A stretch of DNA of 64,000 nt from Candidatus Marinacidobacterium sp. (GTDB taxonomy: Bacteria > Acidobacteriota > Vicinamibacteria > Marinacidobacterales > Marinacidobacteraceae), in the NCBI GenBank assembly GCA_965204755.1, contig OZ242011.1:2176001-2240000 (forward strand). Reading direction: 5' to 3'. The notes under the pieces were generated by a model. It was not told the DNA's origin, ran no database searches, and saw only the letters and a program-made list of their open reading frames with translations. This document shows positions 1-9,906 of the stretch, piece by piece. The position numbers were made by a program, and so were the translations under genes. Numbering within the stretch: the stretch's first letter is position 1; the number at the start of each line of letters is the position of its first letter.

Positions 1-1195
1 GGGAGGCGACGAGTTGCCCGCAGGCGGCGAGGACCTCGGCGCCCCGGCTGCGACGGAGCGTCGCCGGGAGTCCGGCGGCGGCGAGCGCCGCGAGGAAGCG
101 TTCGGCGTCCCGCTCGGTTCCCCGCCGGTGGGGCGCGCCCGGCGCCGGGTCGCTCCAGGGGTTGAACGGGATCAGGTTCACCCGGAGGTCGAGGCCGGCC
201 GCCGTGAGCCGGCGGAGTTCGGCGGACAGCGCGGCGGCGTCGGCCTCGCGGTCGTTCTCTCCGCCGAGCAGGACATATTCGACGGTGACGCGGCGGCGCG
301 GCGCGGCGGAGAGGCCGCGCAGCGCGGCGAACACCGCCTCCATCGGGTGTTTGCGGTTGATCGGGAGGAAGCGGTCGCGCGTGGCGTCGTCGCCGGCGTG
401 GAGGCTCACCGCCAGGCCGACTTCCGGCGCTTCCCGGCCCAGCCGGGCGATGCCCTCCGGGAGGCCGACGGTGGAGACGGTGATGCGGCGGGGAGGGATG
501 GCCAGGCCGTCCGGGTGGGTGAGCAACTCCAGCGAGGCGAGCACGCCGTCGGTGTTCAGCAGCGGCTCGCCCATCCCCATGAAGACCACATTGCGCCGCC
601 CGCCGCCGGCGCCCCGGGCGCGGGCCGCCGCCTCCGCCAGCATCACTTGGCCGGCGATCTCGCCCGCCGTCAGGTTGCGGGCGAAGGGGACGGTCCCGGA
701 ACGGCAGAAGGTGCAGGCCAGCGGGCAACCCACCTGGGTGGAGACGCAGACGGTGAGGTCGGTCGGGGTTCCTCCGGCGCCGTCCGCCCCGGAGGGAACC
801 GCCGGAGACTCGCCGGAGGGCCGGGGCGCGAAGGCCCGGCCGGCGCGGCCGCCGCTCTCGCCCCGGCGGTTCAGGATGGCTACCGCCTCCACCTCGTAGC
901 CGTCCTCGAGCAGGACGCCGAGTTTGGCGGTCCCGTCGCCCGAGTCCCCGGTCGCCGCCGGCCGGGGCCGGGCGATCCGGTACTTCGCGGCGAGGAGGGC
1001 GCGGAAGTCGGTCGGCAGGTCGGTCAGTTCCTCGAACCGGTCGGCGCGCCGCCGGTACAGGTGGCGGAACAACTGCCGCCCGCGGTACGCCGGGTGTCCG
1101 TGCTCCTCCGCCAGCCGCTCCAGTTGGCGACGGGAACGCCCGAAGAGGTTTTCCGGGGCGGACGGAGCGGCCGTCGCCCGGCCGCCGGCGGTCAC
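1..1195 (-). CDS. rlmN: 23S rRNA/tRNA m2A methyltransferase RlmN (radical SAM); C-terminus runs off the window
   Basis: Minus-strand translation (absent from the ORF track) gives YRGRQLF, CVSTQVGCPLACTFC, NVVFMGMGEP, VNLIPFNP and AACGQL; GTG start overlaps the tyrS stop (GTGA). Confidence 0.93.
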   Translation of the reverse strand, partial: MTAGGRATAAPSAPENLFGRSRRQLERLAEEHGHPAYRGRQLFRHLYRRRADRFEELTDLPTDFRALLAAKYRIARPRPAATGDSGDGTAKLGVLLEDGYEVEAVAILNRRGESGGRAGRAFAPRPSGESPAVPSGADGAGGTPTDLTVCVSTQVGCPLACTFCRSGTVPFARNLTAGEIAGQVMLAEAAARARGAGGGRRNVVFMGMGEPLLNTDGVLASLELLTHPDGLAIPPRRITVSTVGLPEGIARLGREAPEVGLAVSLHAGDDATRDRFLPINRKHPMEAVFAALRGLSAAPRRRVTVEYVLLGGENDREADAAALSAELRRLTAAGLDLRVNLIPFNPWSDPAPGAPHRRGTERDAERFLAALAAAGLPATLRRSRGAEVLAACGQLVAS

Positions 1196-2412
1196 TTCCG
1201 GGGCAGGACCCGCAGGAACCGGCGCTTCCCCACGCGCAGGACCGCCCCCCCGTCGGGGAGGACGACCGGCTCCTTCCAGGAGGTGATGGTTCGCCCGTCG
1301 AGTGACACCGCGTTGTTGTCCACCAGGCGGCGTCCTTCGGAGCGGCTCTTCGCGAACCCGGACCCGGTGAGCAGGTCGAGCACGCCCGCGGGCGAGTCCA
1401 CGCGCAGCGCCGGCAGGTCTTCCGGCGCCTCCCGCCGGACGAAGACCGCCTCGAACCGGTCGCGCGCTTCGGCCGCCTCGGCCCCGGAGTGGAAGCCGGA
1501 GACGATCTCGACGGCGAGCGCCTGCTTCGCCTCGCGGGGATGGACTTCGCCGGACTCGATCCCGGCGGCGAGCGCGCGGACCTCCGCCGGCGTGCGGTCG
1601 GTCAGCAACTCCGCGTAGCGCAGCATCACCTCGTCGCTGACGGACATCAACTTCCCGAACATCTCGCCGGGGGGATCGGTGACCCCCACCGCGTTGCCCA
1701 GCGTCTTGGACATCTTCTCCACGCCGTTCAGCCCTTCCAGGAGCGGCATGGTCAGCGCGACCTGGGGGGTCAGCCCGTATTCGCGCATGATGTGGCGGCC
1801 GACCAGCAGGTTGAACAACTGGTCGGCGCCGCCGAGTTCGAAGTCGGCCTTCGTCCATACCGAGTCGTAGGCCTGCGCCAGCGGATAGAGGAACTCGTGG
1901 ATCGAGATCGGCCGGTTGCCGCGGAACCGGCGCTCGAAGTCGTCCCGCTCCAGCATCCGGGCGACGGTGTAGCGGGAAGCGAGCCGGATCAGCCCCTCGC
2001 TGCCGAGTTCGGAGAGCCACGAACTGTTGAACGCCACCTTGGTCCGCTCCGGGTCGAGGATCCGGAACACCTGCTCCCGGTAGGTGCGGGCGTTCTCCTC
2101 GATCTGCTCGCGGGTGAGTTGGGGGCGCGTCCGGGAGCGGCCGCTGGGGTCGCCGATGAGACCGGTGAAGTCGCCGATCACGAACCAGACCTCGTGCCCG
2201 AGATCCTGGAAGTGCTTCATCTTCCGCATGACCACGGTGTGGCCGAGATGCAGGTCGGGCGCGGAGGGGTCGAAACCCACCTTCACCCGCAGCGGTTCGC
2301 CGGACTCGGCGGACCGGCGCACCCGTCCGGCGAGTTCGCCGGCGGGCTCGATGCGGTCGGCGCCCTTCTCCAGGTAGGCGATCTGCTCCTCGACGGGAGC
2401 GGAGCCGTCCAT
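1192..2412 (-). CDS. tyrS: Tyrosyl-tRNA synthetase
   Basis: GFDPSAPDLHLGH, ELGGADQ, KMSKT and a C-terminal S4-like VGKRRF; ATG at 2412 overlaps the purN stop. Confidence 0.97.
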   Translation of the reverse strand: MDGSAPVEEQIAYLEKGADRIEPAGELAGRVRRSAESGEPLRVKVGFDPSAPDLHLGHTVVMRKMKHFQDLGHEVWFVIGDFTGLIGDPSGRSRTRPQLTREQIEENARTYREQVFRILDPERTKVAFNSSWLSELGSEGLIRLASRYTVARMLERDDFERRFRGNRPISIHEFLYPLAQAYDSVWTKADFELGGADQLFNLLVGRHIMREYGLTPQVALTMPLLEGLNGVEKMSKTLGNAVGVTDPPGEMFGKLMSVSDEVMLRYAELLTDRTPAEVRALAAGIESGEVHPREAKQALAVEIVSGFHSGAEAAEARDRFEAVFVRREAPEDLPALRVDSPAGVLDLLTGSGFAKSRSEGRRLVDNNAVSLDGRTITSWKEPVVLPDGGAVLRVGKRRFLRVLPRK

Positions 2413-3083
2413 CAGTCCGGGGCGCGCCGGGTCACGCGCCGCCCCTCGATCCAATACCCGCCCCGGCGCAGCCGCCGCACCGCTTCCGGCAGGAGGCGGT
2501 GTTCCACCTCCCGCACCCGGTCGGCCAGGGTGTCCGGCGTGTCGTCGTCCTCGACCGGGACGCTGCCCTGGAGCAGGATCGGCCCGTGGTCGAGGTATTC
2601 GTCCACCAGGTGGACGGTGGCGCCGCTGACCTTGACGCCCCGGTCGAGGGCTTGGTGGTGCGCCCTCAGGCCGGGGAACGCCGGGAGGAGCGACGGGTGG
2701 ATGTTGAGCACCCGGTCGGGGAAGGCGCGGGTCACCACCGGGGAGACGATGCGCATGAACCCGGCGAGGCAGACCAGGTCCACCCGGTGGCGGCGGAGCG
2801 CCTCCACCACCGCCCGGTCGAAGGATTCCCGGTCGGGGAACGCCCGGTGGGGGATCACCTCGGTGGGCACGCCGGCGTCCTTCGCCCGCTGCACCCCCGG
2901 CGCTTTCGCCCGGTTGCTGATGACGACGACCGGCTCGGCGTCGAGCGAGCCCTCCCGCGCCGCTTCGAGCAGCCGCATCATGTTCGTGCCCTGGCCGGAG
3001 ATCAGGATGCCCAGCCGGGGGCCGGGAACCGGGAGCGCTTCGTCCCGGTGCGGGTGCTCGTGCGGCGGGAGTTCGTAACTCAC
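2412..3083 (-). CDS. purN: Phosphoribosylglycinamide formyltransferase
   Basis: ISGQGTN, LAGFMRI, NIHPSLLP, HLVDEYLDHGPI. Confidence 0.97.
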   Translation of the reverse strand: MSYELPPHEHPHRDEALPVPGPRLGILISGQGTNMMRLLEAAREGSLDAEPVVVISNRAKAPGVQRAKDAGVPTEVIPHRAFPDRESFDRAVVEALRRHRVDLVCLAGFMRIVSPVVTRAFPDRVLNIHPSLLPAFPGLRAHHQALDRGVKVSGATVHLVDEYLDHGPILLQGSVPVEDDDTPDTLADRVREVEHRLLPEAVRRLRRGGYWIEGRRVTRRAPD

Positions 3084-4135
3084 CGGAGGGCTCCCCGGAA
3101 GCGCGCGCCCGGCGGGCCGGCGCTCGCGACGACTTCGCCGAGCGGCCAGGCTCCCGGCAGTCGTCGGAGCGCCTCGTCCCGTTCGGCGGCGGGGACGACG
3201 ACGACCAGGCCCACGCCGCAGTTGAAAGCGCGCAGCATCTCGTCGGCGGCGATCCCCCCGGCTTCGGCGAGCAGGCGGAAGAGCGGCGGGAGGCGCCAGG
3301 AGTCGAGGTCCACTTCCGCCGAACAGCCGTCGGGCAGCACCCGCGGCAGGTTGCCGGGGAGGCCGCCGCCGGTGATGTGGGCCAGGGCGGAGACGAGGCT
3401 GTCCCGCAGGAGCGGCCGGACTTCCGGCAGGTAGCAGCGGTGGCGGGCGAGGAGCGCGTCGGCGGCGGACGCGTCCATCCCGGGCAGCCGATCGGAGACG
3501 GTGAGCCCCAGCCGGTCTTCGAGGACGGCGCGGGCCAGGGAGTAGCCGTTCGTGTGGAGCCCGTTCGAGGGAAGCGCGAGCAGCGCGTCCCCGGGTCGGA
3601 CGCGGCTTCCGTCCACGATCCGGTCGCGCTCGACGGCGCCGACGATCGTCCCGGCGACCTCGTAGTCCCCGGCGGGGTAGAAGCCGGGCATCTCCGCGGT
3701 CTCGCCGCCGAGGAGCGCGGCGCCGAACTCCCGGCAGGCCTCGGCCATCCCGCGCACCAGCCCTTCCACGGCGTCCTCGTCGAGCGACCCCATGGCGATG
3801 TAGTCGAGGAAGAAGAGCGGCTCCGCGCCCTGCACCAGGATGTCGTTCACGCAGTGGGACACGAGGTCGTAGCCGGGCACTTCGTGCCGCCCGGCCTGCC
3901 GCGCCAGCCGCAGTTTCGTCCCCACGCCGTCGGTGGAGGCGACGAGCACCGGATCCCGGAACCGGGCCGCGTCGAACCGGAAGAGCCCGCCGAAGTGCCC
4001 GATCTCCCCCAGCACCGCCGCGCCGTGCGTCCCCTGAACCAGCGGCCGAATCCGGTCGAGCGCCCGGTCGGCGGCGGCGATGTTCACGCCGGCCGCCCGG
4101 TAGTCGAGGGCAGGCGCGGAGGGCTCGGCGGACAC
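3080..4135 (-). CDS. purM: AIR synthetase
   Basis: YRAAGVN, STDGVGTK, GGETAEMP, GLHTNGYSL, HITGGG; start set at GTG 4135 (estimate). Confidence 0.96.
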   Translation of the reverse strand: MSAEPSAPALDYRAAGVNIAAADRALDRIRPLVQGTHGAAVLGEIGHFGGLFRFDAARFRDPVLVASTDGVGTKLRLARQAGRHEVPGYDLVSHCVNDILVQGAEPLFFLDYIAMGSLDEDAVEGLVRGMAEACREFGAALLGGETAEMPGFYPAGDYEVAGTIVGAVERDRIVDGSRVRPGDALLALPSNGLHTNGYSLARAVLEDRLGLTVSDRLPGMDASAADALLARHRCYLPEVRPLLRDSLVSALAHITGGGLPGNLPRVLPDGCSAEVDLDSWRLPPLFRLLAEAGGIAADEMLRAFNCGVGLVVVVPAAERDEALRRLPGAWPLGEVVASAGPPGARFRGALR

Positions 4136-4395
4136 GGTGCGCGGATTATCGCCGGCACCGGTTCCCACACCGTCCCGCCCAGCGGGGTCGGCCCGGAGGC
4201 TTACGGCCGACCGCGACTCTGGCGAACCGCTCGCCGTTCCCTTTTCGGGGCCCAACAGGTACTATCTTCTAGCGTCTCACCGACCGGATGGCTCGTCTTC
4301 CCGGCTTCCCTAGGCCGCCGACCCCCGCCGTTCCCGTCCGCGGCCCCGGCCGGCTTGGACGACCGCTCCGCGCCCCTCGGTCCAGAGGAGAACAG

Positions 4396-5595
4396 TTGGC
4401 CGGCATCTTTTCCGGGCCGACTTGCGAATGGCTCCGTGCGACCGATGTGCGGTCTCGGAAGGCGCTCGGGCAATACATGACGCCCCGGGCGCTGCGCGAG
4501 CGGCTACTCGACCAGTGCGACCTCTGGCCGGGCATTCGCGTGCTCGATCCGGGTGTAGGCACGGGGGAGTTCCTCGCCTCCGTGCTCGAGCGGCAACCGG
4601 ATGCCCGCACTTCCGGCTGGGATGTAGACACGGACATCCTCTCAGTCGCTCGTAAGGTTGTTCCCGACGCCCACCTCGAACGGCGATCCGCCCTCGATTC
4701 CTGGGACGGAACACCATTCGACTTGGTCGTAGGGAACCCTCCGTACTTTCAGTTTCGTGCGGACACCCAAACCAGGCGTCGTTTTCGTAAAGTGATCTCC
4801 GGGCGAGTCAACATCTTCTCCCTGTTCTTCCAGATCGGCATCGAAGTTCTGCAACCCGGGGGTCAACTCGCTTTCGTCGTCCCGCCGTCAATGAACAGCG
4901 GGGCGTACTTCGATCGCCTGCGCATGTTCCTCGCACATCGGGCAGATGTGGAATTCCTGAAAGTCCACACCGCACATGACTTGTTCGATGGCGCCCACAC
5001 AGCGGTGCAACTCATCGTCCTACGAGTCGGGTCCCAATCTTCAACGAATCGCCATGTTGCGATCTTTCGCGACGAACGGAGCGGCTTTAGGCGGACGGTC
5101 TTCTGCGAAGATGCGGACGCGTTACGCCGACGCCAGACGAAGGGCAGGACGCTCTTCGAACTCGGTTACAAGGCTGCTACGGGCACCATCGTGTGGAACC
5201 AGCACCGCCACGCTCTGCGACATGAGTCTAACGGCGCTACGGTCCGTCTTATCTGGTCGCACAACATCGAAAACGAACTCAACTTCAACGCTCATCGGCG
5301 TAAGCCTCCGTTCATCGAGACTTCGAAGAGGATTCATGGCCCGGCCATCGTCGTGAATCGCATTACCGGTGCAGTTGGTCGGGCAGAACTCCGCTGTGCG
5401 CTCGTACGCGACGAGGTTTTCGTCGCGGAGAACCATGTCAATGTAATCCGTCCGCATGGTCTCTTTGAACCCCTGCTGGAATGGGAGCATCTGTTGGAAT
5501 CTCTCCGCCACCCCGATGTTGCCGACCACGTGCGACTGATAACGGGTAATACTCAGATTTCTGCTACCGAATTGACTCATATGCTTCGCGTCTGA
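4396..5595 (+). CDS. Type II N6-adenine DNA methyltransferase (gamma class, PstI/BsuBI/TaqI-like architecture)
   Basis: LGQYMTP, LDPGVGTGEFL, VVGNPPY, C-terminal ENHVN...GNTQISATEL; TTG 4396 follows AGAGGAG; lower GC than the flanks. Confidence 0.9.
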   Translation: MAGIFSGPTCEWLRATDVRSRKALGQYMTPRALRERLLDQCDLWPGIRVLDPGVGTGEFLASVLERQPDARTSGWDVDTDILSVARKVVPDAHLERRSALDSWDGTPFDLVVGNPPYFQFRADTQTRRRFRKVISGRVNIFSLFFQIGIEVLQPGGQLAFVVPPSMNSGAYFDRLRMFLAHRADVEFLKVHTAHDLFDGAHTAVQLIVLRVGSQSSTNRHVAIFRDERSGFRRTVFCEDADALRRRQTKGRTLFELGYKAATGTIVWNQHRHALRHESNGATVRLIWSHNIENELNFNAHRRKPPFIETSKRIHGPAIVVNRITGAVGRAELRCALVRDEVFVAENHVNVIRPHGLFEPLLEWEHLLESLRHPDVADHVRLITGNTQISATELTHMLRV

Positions 5596-5599
5596 GTTT

Positions 5600-6502
5600 C
5601 TACTGTGAGTGTGATCGATCCACTCCGATCCATATGTGAAAACATGCAGTCCGAACCCAATTCGCGGCGGGCACGACTTCGCCGCCGGGGGCTCGCCAAG
5701 AATTCTTGTAGTGCGGATAGATTTTCGCTGTCCGTCCCGAGTGTTCTCCCCTGAGCATCACGGTAAGCCTCGGCGGTGAAGAGGAGGCGTCGGGGTGCGA
5801 AAGAGTGACTGACTCGACGAGAATCTGTTCGGTGTCTTGGAAACTGTGTTCTTCCTTCCTCCATCCGACTTTCAGGTCGGCATGAAAGATCGTCGGCGCA
5901 GCGCCGATGACATCGTCGGCAGTCTCCAGCCGTTCGATGACAGCCTTCGTAGTTATCCCGCGCGCTACGCAGCGAATGTAGTGTTGAAGGCGAGCCGGTG
6001 CGGGCTCTCCGGGAGTTAGGTGTCGTCGAAAATAGTCTCGCGCGCGACTCATCGTCTCCTGCTTCGATCGGTCAACCTCGTCGTAGTCGCCGTTCAGGTA
6101 AGCCCTCTGCCGGTCCTTCATCGTGGCGCTCATGATCGCCTTCAGTTCCAAACTGGAATCACTCAGAGCCCATGCGATCGATGAGAGTCCGGGGTTCCCG
6201 TCCGTCACCGGTCCGCCTGATTTCAACTCAACGGTTTGTCCGGTGGACGGTATCCGCAGATCCGAGCCCCAGAGGTTGTTCTCGGAGGTCTCGAAGACTG
6301 CGGCGTCACCGTACCACTCACGAAGAAACCGTCGCCCACGATCTACCCACGCTTCCAGAGCCGTGTAGTTGAGGCTCCTGAACAGCGTGGGACGCTGGGG
6401 GTTCGGGATCAGAGACATCTCGCGGACGACTGTCGCGAGCGCTGCGGGCGTCGCGACCATGGACCGCCGGACCAGGCGCTCAAAGGAGTCGAAATTGGCC
6501 AT
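5600..6502 (-). CDS. Putative PD-(D/E)XK restriction endonuclease
   Basis: Convergent with the MTase (4-bp gap), same lower GC, motif GSDLRI...VELKSG; start at ATG 6502 estimated. Confidence 0.6.
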   Translation of the reverse strand: MANFDSFERLVRRSMVATPAALATVVREMSLIPNPQRPTLFRSLNYTALEAWVDRGRRFLREWYGDAAVFETSENNLWGSDLRIPSTGQTVELKSGGPVTDGNPGLSSIAWALSDSSLELKAIMSATMKDRQRAYLNGDYDEVDRSKQETMSRARDYFRRHLTPGEPAPARLQHYIRCVARGITTKAVIERLETADDVIGAAPTIFHADLKVGWRKEEHSFQDTEQILVESVTLSHPDASSSPPRLTVMLRGEHSGRTAKIYPHYKNSWRAPGGEVVPAANWVRTACFHIWIGVDRSHSQ

Positions 6503-6623
6503 GGAAGTCGCGCCGAGCGCTGCGTCCCCAGTGTACCGGATGCCGGCCCCGGAGATGAGCACCAGAAAGCGGGCTCGTTCCGGTTGGTATCCTTGACCCT
6601 TCTGTTTTCTGTCGGAGGCCCCA

Positions 6624-8078
6624 ATGCGCACTGTGCCCTTTCTGCTCGCGTTCTCCGCGAGCGTCACCGTTTCGGCTTACGCCCAGGATCACCCCAAACT
6701 CCAGAAGGACTTTCCCGCGGAGGAGTTCGTGGAGCGCCGCGCGCGGGTCATGGAGGCGATCGGGGAGGACGCGATCGCCATCGTCCAGGGCGCGCCGGCG
6801 GCGCCGGGGTTCGTCGTCTTCCGCCAGTCGAACGAGTTCTACTACCTCACCGGGATCGAGGTCCCGCATTCCTACCTGCTCATGGACGGCCGGCAGCGGC
6901 GGTCGCTCCTGTTCCTGCCCCGGCGGGATCCGCGGAAGGAGCGCGGGGAAGGCCGGATGCTCTCCGCCGAGGACGAAGAGGAAGCCGTCGCGGCCACGGG
7001 AGTGGACGCCGTGTTCGCGATCGACCAGTTGGCCCGCCAGTTGTACGGCTTCGCGCTGCGGCCGCCGTCGCCGACGGTCCATACCTTCCTGAGCCCCGCC
7101 GAAGAACGCCAGCAGAGCCGGGACGAGAACCTGATCGGCCACGCGCAAAGGGTCTCCGACCCGTGGGACGGCCGCGCTTCGCGGGAAGGGGCGTTCGTCG
7201 GCCACCTGCGCGCCCGGTACCCGCAGTTCGAAATCGCCGACCTGACGCCGATCGTGGACGCCATGCGCCTCCACAAGTCGCCGCGGGAGATCGCGCTGGT
7301 GCGGCGGGCGAGCGAACTCGCCGGGCTCGGCATCATGGAGGCGATGCGCTCCACCGAGCCGGGGCTCCACGAGTACCAACTCGACGCGGCGGCGCGTTAC
7401 ATCTACCTCATCAACGGCGCGCAGGGCGAGGGGTACCGCTCCATCACCGCCACCGGGACGAACGCCTACTACGGGCACTACTACCGGAACGACGCGGAAC
7501 TGAAGGACGGGGAGTTGATCCTGATGGATCACGCTCCCGACTACCGCTACTACACGAGCGACATCGCGCGGATGTGGCCGGTGAACGGCGTGTTCGACCC
7601 CGACCAGCGGAAACTCTACGGGTTCATCGTGCGATACGCCGAAGCCTTGATGCGCCGCCTGGGGCCGGGCGTTACCCCGGACCAGGTGCTCGACGGCGCC
7701 GCCGAAGAGATGGCGCCGGTCGTCGAGGAGATGGGGTTCACGAACCCGCTGCACGAACAGGCGGCGCGGGAAGCGCTCTCCTTCCGGGGCCACCTCTCCC
7801 ACCCGGTCGGCCTCGCCGTCCACGATGTGGGGAGTTACCGCGGCCGCCCGATGGAGGCCGGCCTGGTGTTCGCCTTGGACCCGATGCTCTGGGTCCACGA
7901 GGAGCGGCTCTATGTGCGCATGGAGGATGTGGTGGCGATCACCGAGAACGGCGTCGAGAACTTCACCGACTTCATGCCCCGCACTGTAGAAGAGATCGAG
8001 GCCTTCCTCCGCGAGGACGGCGCCCTGCAGCGCACGCCCCCCATGCCCGGAACGCCCCCGCCGCCCCCCGGCCGGTAG
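6624..8078 (+). CDS. Xaa-Pro aminopeptidase (M24B), secreted
   Basis: Signal peptide, FRQSNEFYYLTG, YTSDIAR, HPVGLAVHD, RMED. Confidence 0.9.
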   Translation: MRTVPFLLAFSASVTVSAYAQDHPKLQKDFPAEEFVERRARVMEAIGEDAIAIVQGAPAAPGFVVFRQSNEFYYLTGIEVPHSYLLMDGRQRRSLLFLPRRDPRKERGEGRMLSAEDEEEAVAATGVDAVFAIDQLARQLYGFALRPPSPTVHTFLSPAEERQQSRDENLIGHAQRVSDPWDGRASREGAFVGHLRARYPQFEIADLTPIVDAMRLHKSPREIALVRRASELAGLGIMEAMRSTEPGLHEYQLDAAARYIYLINGAQGEGYRSITATGTNAYYGHYYRNDAELKDGELILMDHAPDYRYYTSDIARMWPVNGVFDPDQRKLYGFIVRYAEALMRRLGPGVTPDQVLDGAAEEMAPVVEEMGFTNPLHEQAAREALSFRGHLSHPVGLAVHDVGSYRGRPMEAGLVFALDPMLWVHEERLYVRMEDVVAITENGVENFTDFMPRTVEEIEAFLREDGALQRTPPMPGTPPPPPGR

Positions 8079-8091
8079 CGCTTCGGCAGCC

Positions 8092-9249
8092 CTACCGGGG
8101 TCGGTCGGCCCGCAGCAGCGCCGGGATGTGGCCCGGCGAGCACACCGTCACGGTCCTTCCCCCGAAACGCCGGGCGTAGGGCTCTTCGACGAACGGGCAG
8201 CAGAGCAGGTCGGGGCCCTCCGGGTAGGCCTCGCGGAACGCGCGGATGCCGCCGGCGGAGAACGCGTCGGGTGAAATCTTCGTTTCCACCGCCGCCACGC
8301 GATCGCGTCCGCAGGGGATGACGAAGTCCACTTCGCGCCCGGCGCCGTCGCGCCAGTAGTGGAGGCGGCTCGCCGGCAACTCCGCCAGGAGTTCGTCGAG
8401 CGCCAGGTTCTCCCAGAGCGGGCCCCGGTCGGCGGGCCGCAGCCCGGTCCAGCCCCGGGCGTGGCAGACCAGCCCGGTGTCCAGGCCGTAGAGGCGCGGC
8501 CGCCGCCGCAGTTCCCGCCGCCCGCCGCCGTGGAACGGCGGCAGCCGAACCGTGATGCCGCAGAGGTCCAGGAGGTCGAGGTAGGCCACGGTTGTCGGCC
8601 GGCTGACGCCGGCGTCGCGAGCGAGCGAAGAGGCGTCCGGGAGGCCGCCGTTGTGGACGAGCGCCAGCGAGACGAGGCGGAGGAACCCGCCGCGGTTCCG
8701 GACCTCGAACAGCGCCTGGATGTCCCGGGCGAAGAAACCGTCCAGCCACTCCTCGAACCAGGCGGGGTCGGGCGCCGCGGCGAGCAACTGTTCCGGGAAG
8801 CCGCCGTGGAGCAGCCGCCGGTCGAGGTCCGCCGCCCCGAGCCAATCGGGACACTCCCGCCAGAGGATCGGGCGGAGGGGCACGGTCCACTTCCGCCCGG
8901 CGAGCGAGTCGCGGAACTTCCGGCCGGCGAAGAGCGAGGAAGAGCCGGTGGCGAGGAGGCGCGCTTCGGGGAACTCGTCCGCGGCGATCTTGAGAAGCGA
9001 GGACGGGTCCTCCGCCCGGTGTACTTCGTCGAGGACCGCCCGACTCCCGGCCGGGAGCCCGCGGAGGAACGCCTCCGGGTCGGCGAGCCGGGCCTGCACC
9101 GCCGGCAGGTCGCAGTTGAAGTAGCCGCAGTCCTCGAGGCCCCGTCCGAGGACCGTCTTTCCGAGCCGCCGAGCCCCGGAGAGCCAGACGATGCTCCGCG
9201 TCCGCCAGGCGTCCTCGATCCGGTGACGCCAGAAAGGTCGCTCGATCAT
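8092..9249 (-). CDS. AAA_14 ATPase with DUF4143 nuclease-like C-terminus
   Basis: Walker A GARRLGKT, LDEVH, TGSS, GGFPE, EVDFV...ETK. Confidence 0.88.
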   Translation of the reverse strand: MIERPFWRHRIEDAWRTRSIVWLSGARRLGKTVLGRGLEDCGYFNCDLPAVQARLADPEAFLRGLPAGSRAVLDEVHRAEDPSSLLKIAADEFPEARLLATGSSSLFAGRKFRDSLAGRKWTVPLRPILWRECPDWLGAADLDRRLLHGGFPEQLLAAAPDPAWFEEWLDGFFARDIQALFEVRNRGGFLRLVSLALVHNGGLPDASSLARDAGVSRPTTVAYLDLLDLCGITVRLPPFHGGGRRELRRRPRLYGLDTGLVCHARGWTGLRPADRGPLWENLALDELLAELPASRLHYWRDGAGREVDFVIPCGRDRVAAVETKISPDAFSAGGIRAFREAYPEGPDLLCCPFVEEPYARRFGGRTVTVCSPGHIPALLRADRPR

Positions 9250-9265
9250 GCGAAGTGGAAGTGTA

Positions 9266-9294
9266 TTTTACATTTTACCGAGTAAAAAGTAAAA
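9266..9294. promoter_or_regulatory. AT-rich palindromic operator-like site upstream of the AAA/DUF4143 gene
   Basis: TTTTACATTTTAC-CGA-GTAAAAAGTAAAA: 13-bp arms, one mismatch. Confidence 0.6.
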
Positions 9295-9348
9295 CATAAC
9301 TTCGTTTCGGCAGCGCGGCGCCGCGGGTCGCGTAGCGGCGGCCGCCCG

Positions 9349-9861
9349 TCAGCCGGCGCCGTCCCCGCCCGCTGCGACCTCGAAGGTGACGCCGAAGCGC
9401 TCGGCGTAGTCCACGACCTGGGTGGGGTTCGGGTCCACATTCAGGATGAGGAAGGTGGCGCCGGGCGGGGAGAGGAGGTGGCGGTCGAGCGAGTGCCAGG
9501 TTCCGGTGTGATAGACGAACGGCGTTCCGGGCGCGATGAGGAAGGCGCGGACTTCCTCCGGCTTCGGGATCGCCCGCTCGTCGTCGGGATCCGTCGGCGG
9601 CGCGACGCAGACCGCGGAGGGAGGCCCCTCGAGCGGCACGAACCCCTGGGCCACGGCGAAGTGGCGCTCGAGCAGGGTGAACCGGCGGTCGTCGGCGTAG
9701 GGCTGCCAGATCACATCCAGCGTGGGGCGTCCGTCGATGGAGAAGGGCACCGGGAAGAAGAGGCGCTCGTCCGCCGGGCGCTCCGGCGCCAGGCCGAGGT
9801 GGCCGAACGGCGCGAACGCCTCGGCGGTCATCGGTTCGGCTTCGAGTTCGAGGATGCGCAT
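9349..9861 (-). CDS. Ureidoglycolate lyase family protein
   Basis: EPMTAEAFAPFG, LERH...QGFVPL, YHTGTWH. Confidence 0.75.
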   Translation of the reverse strand: MRILELEAEPMTAEAFAPFGHLGLAPERPADERLFFPVPFSIDGRPTLDVIWQPYADDRRFTLLERHFAVAQGFVPLEGPPSAVCVAPPTDPDDERAIPKPEEVRAFLIAPGTPFVYHTGTWHSLDRHLLSPPGATFLILNVDPNPTQVVDYAERFGVTFEVAAGGDGAG

Positions 9862-9906
9862 CGCCGTTTCCTCCCGTCTTCGGGGCGCCGGCCCGCCGCC
9901 GCGGAC

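Noticed and set aside
755-870. ~35-aa low-complexity insertion in RlmN before the radical SAM motif
   Set aside because: Similar Ala/Gly/Pro-rich extensions occur in many proteins here; no intein motifs
14-1618. Long + strand ORFs here and similar ones such as 22444-27387, 29636-32524 and 43913-46588
   Set aside because: Shadow or antisense frames of real genes in high-GC DNA, with Arg/Gly/Pro-rich translations; only the in-frame real portions were kept
7870-7895. M24 peptidase with LDPM in place of the usual EP metal-ligand motif
   Set aside because: A conservative Glu-to-Asp change with the other ligands intact; too weak to call inactive
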